Below, in pieces: positions 57,683 through 64,000 of a stretch of 64,000 nt of DNA. The translations under genes were made by a program, and so were the position numbers. This DNA is from Candidatus Doudnabacteria bacterium (lineage in GTDB: Bacteria; Patescibacteriota; Doudnabacteria; UBA920; O2-02-FULL-48-8), in NCBI GenBank assembly GCA_019659055.1, contig JAIFWV010000003.1, positions 14,706 through 78,705 of the forward strand. The letters run 5' to 3'. Under the pieces are notes generated by a model that saw only the letters and a program-made list of their open reading frames with translations, was not told where the DNA came from and did not search any database. Positions within the stretch are counted from its first letter, which is position 1; the number at the start of each line of letters is the position of its first letter.

Positions 57683-58255
57683 ATGGATTATGAGACTTGC
57701 GCTTTTGAGTTCCCAGATGACGTCAAGACCCGTATCGAGATCGTAAACCAGATCCCCAATGATTGGTCTTGGGTCGATGGCCAGTTGCAAGCACTCGGTC
57801 TTGTGCAATCGGTTTGCCGCGGCAGTGCTCTGAAGGTCAGCCGTTTCCATTCGATTCATCCGACGATCGCTAACATGAACCGGAATGAAGACGACAAGAT
57901 CCAGCGCGATCGCGATCGTGAAATTTTTGAGAACATCTATCTGAATCGACAGCTCCCGGAATTCATCCTGTTCGATGAGGCGGGTTTCTCCCAGCCGCTC
58001 ACGCTTGAGTTTGCAAAAAAAATCGCAACTCATTTTTTGCAGCTGGGGTACAACCAAGGGAACCTTGAGTTCTTCCGTGGATATCGCAACGACAACAAGT
58101 TTGACAATGCAGTGCGATGCCAGATCTTACTCAACGATTGGACACCTCCTGCTGTCGTTGTGAGATGGCAACCGCACGGTAAGGCTATCGCAAAATCTCT
58201 CATCGACTCATTCTCATCGAAACTCAATCCGCTCCAGGTCGCCATTCCAGTTTAA
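57683..58255 (+). CDS. Hypothetical protein
   Basis: AGGAGG + ATG; terminator follows. Confidence 0.65.
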   Translation: MDYETCAFEFPDDVKTRIEIVNQIPNDWSWVDGQLQALGLVQSVCRGSALKVSRFHSIHPTIANMNRNEDDKIQRDRDREIFENIYLNRQLPEFILFDEAGFSQPLTLEFAKKIATHFLQLGYNQGNLEFFRGYRNDNKFDNAVRCQILLNDWTPPAVVVRWQPHGKAIAKSLIDSFSSKLNPLQVAIPV

Positions 58256-58349
58256 TCACTTTCCGCTCCGCGTTCTCAAAACGCCGAGCGGAATTTTTTT
58301 TAATAAAAAATCCCTGCGTAAAAATGCTACGCAGAGATTTTCAAAAATT

Positions 58350-58856
58350 CTATTTGTTCAGAGTGATCTCGAGCCAGCCTTCAAAATTCCGATTGAGAAT
58401 ACCGTCGCGATACTCCTTCGAATAAATTTTACCATCCGTGGAAAGGAAGGTTAAATTTTTCGTTTTCGTGGATTTGGTTTCGAATCCCACATCCACGCCG
58501 AGTATCTCGCGGCAATCTTCCGGCAGACGCAAGTTCACCGGCTCCCCTGTCCAACGCGACAGTGCACGCGTGCGCAAAAATGATTCGTCTTCGTTTGCGG
58601 GCACCCAGCGAATAATCCCCTCGAGCGGACTTACGTCTCTGAACTCCTGGGTGTAAACGTAACCGTCGGCGGCGAGATACGTGATGTCCTTGTCAGTCGA
58701 ACCGTCGTTCTTGTCGAAACTGATGCTGATAAATTTCTGGCCATGCGCTACCGACAAAGCCTGCCGGTGATCGCGCCCCAAATAGCGACTCGGCGTCCGG
58801 CCGCAAGAAATCGAGACCAGAACTGCCACCATCATGCACCAACGAGCTTGTCTCAT
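58350..58856 (-). CDS. Putative lipoprotein with an internal duplication
   Basis: ISC lipobox-like; KDITYLAADGYVYTQEFRD and KNLTFLSTDGKIYSKEYRD repeats; AGGAGG before the start. Confidence 0.65.
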   Translation of the reverse strand: MRQARWCMMVAVLVSISCGRTPSRYLGRDHRQALSVAHGQKFISISFDKNDGSTDKDITYLAADGYVYTQEFRDVSPLEGIIRWVPANEDESFLRTRALSRWTGEPVNLRLPEDCREILGVDVGFETKSTKTKNLTFLSTDGKIYSKEYRDGILNRNFEGWLEITLNK

Positions 58857-58979
58857 GGACCAAATCCTCCTTTTTGTCCCCTTAGGACACCTCAATATAG
58901 CATATTGGCGCGTTTGCGCAACATAAAAACCCAGCCTTTGATGGCTGGGTTTTATTCGAATAGAAATATTTGTTTGTAC

Positions 58980-59660
58980 TTATTTCATGCGGATATCGCG
59001 TTCGATCTTATCGAGTGCGCGTGAAGCGTGTTCACGTCCACCCATACCGAATGCCAGTCCTCCGGCGATTGCGATCATCGCAATAATGCCCGTGAACAAT
59101 GTCTGCACGAATGCTGTCGCGACCTTGAGCTGAGCCAATGTCGCCAAAATGGTGAAAACCATGATGGACCATTGAGTCACTGTGGCCAAGAGATCAGACG
59201 AAGCAAGCCCTGCGGCCTGGACCGAGTGCTTGACCAGGCGGGACAAAAATCCTGCCAAGACTGTACCGACGAGCAAAATTGCAGCGCCGGCGATGACGTT
59301 CGGGATATAAAGCAGAACGTCGTTGAGGAAGTCGGAAACCTGGTTTAGATTGAGAATATTGGCAGCTGCCAAGAAAATCGCAATCAAAATGAACCATTTG
59401 ATAAGCCAGGCAATGGTGCCGGAGATCGAAAGTCTCACTCCGGTGCGGGCGGAAGCCTGCGAAAGCCCGAGCCTATCGCCGATCTCATCAATCTTCACCG
59501 AGTGCAAAACCTGCTTTACGAGTCTTGCGATAGCTTCTGCCACTATCCAGCCGACGACCAAAATTATGACCGCGACGAGGAAATTCGGCAAAAAGTTTAT
59601 AAAACGTGCATAGACATCCTGTAAGGAAGATTGAACCGGTGTTAAATAGTTGTTATTCAT
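58980..59660 (-). CDS. TM-helix-repeat / MscS-like membrane protein
   Basis: FLPNFLVAVIILVVGW, YIPNVIAG, GLAFGMGGR. Confidence 0.8.
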   Translation of the reverse strand: MNNNYLTPVQSSLQDVYARFINFLPNFLVAVIILVVGWIVAEAIARLVKQVLHSVKIDEIGDRLGLSQASARTGVRLSISGTIAWLIKWFILIAIFLAAANILNLNQVSDFLNDVLLYIPNVIAGAAILLVGTVLAGFLSRLVKHSVQAAGLASSDLLATVTQWSIMVFTILATLAQLKVATAFVQTLFTGIIAMIAIAGGLAFGMGGREHASRALDKIERDIRMK

Positions 59661-59988
59661 AAATATCACCCCTTTCTGTGATCCTAACCCGCAAAGGATA
59701 GGATCGTGGTCTAAAAAATAGACCCCTCGACCTTTAATACAGTTTTCCAAATTGCGTAACCTCACCAAATATGGTGCTAGACTTCTTGGAACCAGTCTAG
59801 AGAAGTATCCTCAAGTGCTTAAGAACACGTCTATAGAGTGGTTGATATCCACAATGCAAAATTAATTTAAAGAAAAAGCCACTATCCTCGCAATACGAGG
59901 CCTAGTGGCACATGTGCAAAATTGCTATGTGTGTTATTTCCATTCTACACACATTATGGCACATAACTTTTTCTATGTCAAGCTTTTA

Positions 59989-60432
59989 TTATAAATCCTT
60001 CCGCAAAAAGCTATCAACGCTAAAATATTTTCCAGCGTGGAATGCATCCAAAACCAAATACCCTGCCGCGTAGATGATGTGATCATCCACTATGAACGCA
60101 TGGGTGTCGGATGTGATGTGCGGAAACTTAAGACCCGGAAAATAATAAAGAATCATCATAAGCGCCCCGGCGCGGGCCGCCCATTTGGTGTATGTCCCGG
60201 TGATTAACCCGACTCCGATGGCTATTTGGCCCCAGACATTGAGGAAATTCACTATTTTGATGATTCCGTCTGCGGCTAAAGCTTTATAAAGCCCCGGAAA
60301 CGTCGATGCGTGCGTAAGGAAACCAGCCGCCGTAAACGGCGGATGACTGGTGAGTTTCTGCCAACCGGCATAGAGCAATAACCAGCCCAAAACCAGCCTT
60401 AAGACCAATAACACTATTTTTTTGTAATTCAT
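59989..60432 (-). CDS. DoxX family membrane protein
   Basis: LRLVLGW..AGWQK; AGKYFSVD. Confidence 0.85.
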   Translation of the reverse strand: MNYKKIVLLVLRLVLGWLLLYAGWQKLTSHPPFTAAGFLTHASTFPGLYKALAADGIIKIVNFLNVWGQIAIGVGLITGTYTKWAARAGALMMILYYFPGLKFPHITSDTHAFIVDDHIIYAAGYLVLDAFHAGKYFSVDSFLRKDL

Positions 60433-60466
60433 TGTAGTTTTATTTCTTTTGTGCGAACACGACCTT

Positions 60467-60883
60467 TTAATCATTATAACCTAAGTATGAGATAGAAAAC
60501 AGTAGCAAAGTAGTAATTGCCGAGCCAAAGCAATAGATGCAGACCGAATGGATGACGAAAATCTGCAAGTACACAAATCCGACTGATGCCAAAAGCCCAA
60601 GCGTGGTGATGTATTTCATGTGCCGGACTGTGCTTTGCCGCATATGCTGGAGAAACCACCCGGCAAGCCCTACCAACAGGGCATAATACCCTGCTCCGAC
60701 CAAGGCCACTGGAATCGGGCCTATGTGGGCGTACTTACTCCCCAAAACCTCGTTACAGCCAGACAAGACCGAACACGTTACCTGCGAGTGCAGGAGGTCT
60801 TTGGCGGTAAGATACACAGCATCCATGAGCCCGACTACCGCTAGCACCAGGAATATCACCCCCAACCATCGTTTGGCGCTCAT
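60467..60883 (-). CDS. Vitamin K epoxide reductase family protein
   Basis: C..C.EVL.S.YA; CIYC. Confidence 0.92.
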   Translation of the reverse strand: MSAKRWLGVIFLVLAVVGLMDAVYLTAKDLLHSQVTCSVLSGCNEVLGSKYAHIGPIPVALVGAGYYALLVGLAGWFLQHMRQSTVRHMKYITTLGLLASVGFVYLQIFVIHSVCIYCFGSAITTLLLFSISYLGYND

Positions 60884-61566
60884 TTGCTTAATTCTCGATC
60901 AATGACGTGTTTGAAACCGTCGTATCCTCGAGGATTGTCGATGAGTTTGCCATTGAGGGCAAAGGTCGGAGTATGATCAAGCGTAAGCCCGATAGCCGTG
61001 TCATAGTTGGAACTAATTTGGGCTTGAATCGCTGGCGAAAGAAGATCTTTCTTAAACTGTTCAACATCCATCCCCAGGCTTTGCGCAAATCCTGCATAGA
61101 TTTCCGCGGCATTGGGTTTATCAGCCCATTGCGACTGATTGGTATAGAGGAGATCGTGCATTTCCCAGAACTTCCCCTGCTTACCTGCGGCTTCGGCCGC
61201 GGCCGCGGCAATCATGGCCGTGGAATGGATCGTTTTGAGAGGATAATTGCGATAAACCAAAGCGATCTTACCTTGGTATTCGGAGACAAGCTGTTTGAGC
61301 AGAGGATCCACGGCTTGGCAGGATGGGCACTGGAAATCAGCGTATTCTATAATTTGAACCGGAGCTTCCCGATTACCCAAAACTTTATCTGAAGCACTGA
61401 GTGCCGGGACTTGCCCGATTGTCTGCAGAGAAGGCTCGGATGACTGGGCCAGCTTGACCACTCCCCAAATCCCGCCGGCAACAGCCAAGACAGCGGAGAG
61501 CCAAATTATAATTGTTTTGTTTCGGATCCGGCGACGTTCCTGAAATGTAAGATATTGTGTTTGCAT
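60880..61566 (-). CDS. DsbA family oxidoreductase
   Basis: EYADFQCPSC, QGKFWEMHD, TPTF. Confidence 0.93.
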   Translation of the reverse strand: MQTQYLTFQERRRIRNKTIIIWLSAVLAVAGGIWGVVKLAQSSEPSLQTIGQVPALSASDKVLGNREAPVQIIEYADFQCPSCQAVDPLLKQLVSEYQGKIALVYRNYPLKTIHSTAMIAAAAAEAAGKQGKFWEMHDLLYTNQSQWADKPNAAEIYAGFAQSLGMDVEQFKKDLLSPAIQAQISSNYDTAIGLTLDHTPTFALNGKLIDNPRGYDGFKHVIDRELSK

Positions 61567-61614
61567 AGAAAAAGACCTTTCGATTAAGATTAAGTACGCA
61601 AAATTTGCGCAATC

Positions 61615-61980
61615 CTAAACCAAAGGGTCTGAGGTCTGGTGCAAAGTAAGCCAGCGGGAAATCCGCTGTTTGTAGTTTGAATCCGAGAGGCCTGGACTCA
61701 AACGGAAACTCAAAACAACTCGGTCGAGTAAAACAACGCTCACAAACAATAACCCAAAGAATAACAAGACGCCTAGTATGATTGTCAGGAGGGTTTGCGA
61801 GAACCCTTGATAAAGTTTGACGTGCAGAAGACCAATAGCAAACGTTTCTGGGCAGGCTCCACCGACCCCGGCCAAAGCCTTGGCGCAATGCATAAACGCG
61901 CCTTGGGACAGAAGACCGCTAAATCCCAGAATTGCGACAGCAAAGAAACTTATTAATGCAATCAATGCCAAGTATTTCAT
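61615..61980 (-). CDS. Membrane protein
   Basis: 2 TM; C..C..H; WLTLH..SD. Confidence 0.6.
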   Translation of the reverse strand: MKYLALIALISFFAVAILGFSGLLSQGAFMHCAKALAGVGGACPETFAIGLLHVKLYQGFSQTLLTIILGVLLFFGLLFVSVVLLDRVVLSFRLSPGLSDSNYKQRISRWLTLHQTSDPLV

Positions 61981-62126
61981 ACATAAATCATAGCATTAGC
62001 CTATTTTTAGTCAATAAAGTTAGAATCTAGAATCTAGGAAGCTGGGAATAAACCAGGCTGCGGCCTGGTTTTTGGTTTAATGCGACCGTTGAAAAAATTT
62101 AGTCGAAATCTGACGCGAGCATATAT

Positions 62127-62246
62127 CCATTGCGAGGAGCCGCAACTCTTAAGCATTTAACTCCGCGGCGACGCGGCAATCTTTTTAAGAGAGATCGCCA
62201 CGCGGCCTACTAGATTTAAGCTTAAGCAAACGGCCGCTCGCGATGG
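62127..62246. repeat. Palindromic repeat family 1, full copy
   Basis: CCATTGCGAGGAG..GACGCGGCAATCT..GAGATCGCCACGCGGCC..GGCCGCTCGCGATGG. Confidence 0.9.
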
Positions 62247-62327
62247 ACAAATACGACACAAATGGTGACATAATTAGTCAATAAAAAACCCACCTTCTCT
62301 CAGGTGGGTTTTTTGGGATTTCTAGAT

Positions 62328-62612
62328 TTAGAGGATAGAATCCTTAGCGGCTTTGGCAACTCGGAACTTTACCACGGTCTTGGCCGGGATTTTGATCTGT
62401 TCGCCAGTGGCTGGGTTGCGTCCCATGCGGGCATCTCGGTGCTTTTTGAGCAATTTGCCCAAACCTGGAATTGTAAATTCACCGCTCTTTTTAGCTTCTT
62501 CATAAGCTAAATTCACTACTACATCCAGGAACTCAGCTACTTCTTTGCGTGACTTGCCAGTCTTTTCGGCAACCGCATTGAGTACCTCGGATTTGGTCAT
62601 ACCTTTGGCCAT
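62328..62612 (-). CDS. hup: HU family DNA-binding protein
   Basis: MTKSE, ARMGRNPATGEQIKIPAK. Confidence 0.95.
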   Translation of the reverse strand: MAKGMTKSEVLNAVAEKTGKSRKEVAEFLDVVVNLAYEEAKKSGEFTIPGLGKLLKKHRDARMGRNPATGEQIKIPAKTVVKFRVAKAAKDSIL

Positions 62613-62797
62613 ATTAGGTCCTTTTTATCCCCAAAAAGTGAGATCTTTGGGGAAACCTTAAGAATTATTAACAATCTAAAACTAAGTATAACAAAACCCT
62701 AATAAAAACGCCAGTTTTATTTTACAGATTCTCAAGGAGTGGGTAATTTGACTTCTCGCCCGGATAAACATTAGAGTATGGGGGCAAGGAGGATTTT

Positions 62798-63265
62798 GTG
62801 AATACTTTAATTTTGACAGCGTTGTTACTGCAGTCCCCTGCGGTCTCTTCCGAACCTCGAATCCCGGTGAACGCAATGAATCCTCAGGTCAGCGATCATC
62901 TTCTGAAAGAAATCGCCAAAGGCAAGGATCAGGACGATCCGGGTAAGGTCATCTTGCTGTGGATCAAGGCGGACGCAGGCGCTCTCGGCGACCAAGACCG
63001 CGCGACCCTTATCGTGCTTGCCAATCGCAAAGCCACTCGGAGTATTCTGGCGGACAAAGACCTCTACCTCACGCTCTTTGCGGCCAAAATCCTCCAGCTC
63101 GATGAAAAAAGACAAGCCGAAGCCAAGGCCCTAGAACTAGAAAGACAGCGCGAGGCCGAACGCAACAATGCTGATGATAAATTCCACCGCGACCTGCTGG
63201 AGCAGATCGAGCAACTCAAAAAAGAAATCGAACAACTCAAGAAAAACCACGCCGGATCATCGTGA
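62798..63265 (+). CDS. Secreted protein with a C-terminal coiled coil
   Basis: AGGAGG + GTG; signal-like N-terminus. Confidence 0.6.
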   Translation: MNTLILTALLLQSPAVSSEPRIPVNAMNPQVSDHLLKEIAKGKDQDDPGKVILLWIKADAGALGDQDRATLIVLANRKATRSILADKDLYLTLFAAKILQLDEKRQAEAKALELERQREAERNNADDKFHRDLLEQIEQLKKEIEQLKKNHAGSS

Positions 63266-63317
63266 TCCCGCGTGGTTTCTATTTGCCCGACTATTTGAAT
63301 GTAAGGGTATTTTGGTC

Positions 63318-63378
63318 CCATTTCGAGTGGAGCGAGAAATCGCTTCTAAAGAGTGATCTCTCCCTCTGGTCGAGATGG
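63318..63378. repeat. Palindromic repeat family 2
   Basis: CCATTTCGAGTGGAGCGAGAAATC..CTCTGGTCGAGATGG. Confidence 0.8.
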
Positions 63379-63456
63379 AAACCAAAACAAGGCTGCGGCT
63401 TGGTCGTGGTCCTCCCGACACTCGGAAAATGTCGTCGGAATTTGAAGCGCAGTCTA

Positions 63457-63586
63457 CCATTGCGAGGAGTCCCGCCAACCGCAGAAAAAATAAATAGCCG
63501 AGGCGGGACGACGCGGCAATCTTTTTAAGAGAGATCGCCACGCGGCCTACTAGGTTTAAGCTTAAGCAAACGGCCGCTCGCGATGG
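63457..63586. repeat. Palindromic repeat family 1, full copy
   Basis: 3' about 75 nt nearly identical to the 62127 copy. Confidence 0.9.
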
Positions 63587-63616
63587 ACAGATAGGCAAAA
63601 GGTGGCAAAGATAAGA

Positions 63617-64000
63617 TTAAAAACCTAGTTTTTCTTTAACAATTATAACTTTGACATTCCGAGTACTCTGAGGGCTTTCTTTATGAAAGATCAAAGTCTT
63701 TGATCGGGTCGTATGGACGCCGTAGACTTGCAACAATCTCTCATCCTCCAGCCCCACGACATAGTTTTCCAAGCGTTCAAAAGCAGATTTAAGATCAGCT
63801 ACGATCTTCTGGGCTCCCACCACAAAAATAAGATTTGGCGAAGTAAACGCAATGTGCGGCAATTGACTCCCGGTATTGCTGGCAATCACCATCTCGCCCT
63901 CTTGGGTGAGCGCATGGACACTGCCCAGATAATAATCCGAGAGGATCCCGGATTTACGCAATTGGGCCCGCTTCTCTGGATCAGTTTCCGCCAAAACCTG
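63617..64000 (-). CDS. LUD-domain protein (3' part; runs off window end)
   Basis: YLGSVHALTQEG..ASNTGSQL..IFVVGAQKIV..VIIVKEKLGF. Confidence 0.8.
   Translation of the reverse strand, partial: QVLAETDPEKRAQLRKSGILSDYYLGSVHALTQEGEMVIASNTGSQLPHIAFTSPNLIFVVGAQKIVADLKSAFERLENYVVGLEDERLLQVYGVHTTRSKTLIFHKESPQSTRNVKVIIVKEKLGF

Overview
Bacterial chromosome segment, most likely from a Patescibacteria/CPR genome. This is inferred from gene content and style: a short AspRS with no GAD domain, a VirB2-like pilin fusion, DUF5666, a four-helix-bundle gene, and many core genes without an SD. Core blocks: rfbB-HIT-HtrA-like-ogt-lgt; aspS-ybaK-scpAB; sugar genes (CdaR, GH-A, EamA, GH1, debranching enzyme, ROK); tRNA-Glu; mraZ-rsmH-ftsL-ftsI-murF; purN-purD; rplJL; mltG; DsbA-VKOR-DoxX; HU. 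An accessory island (about 4.4-17.0 kb) holds two notable parts. (i) A module of an MTase-like gene, a coiled-coil gene, a GHKL ATPase, an HTH protein and a PD-(D/E)XK-like gene. (ii) A minus-strand operon of about 4.2 kb (16.4 to 12.2 kb) whose intergenic regions fold almost completely. It contains a coiled-coil protein followed by a putative ncRNA with 6-nt periodic GUCURN repeats, a repeated double-hairpin element, further multi-stem RNAs, and a 45-aa ArfA-like gene that the ORF track missed. A second accessory tract (29.2-32.3 kb) has unrelated genes, each followed by the same palindrome. Three dispersed palindromic repeat families are also present. No CRISPR array, integrase or rRNA was seen. 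All calls were made by eye; no searches or folding programs were run.
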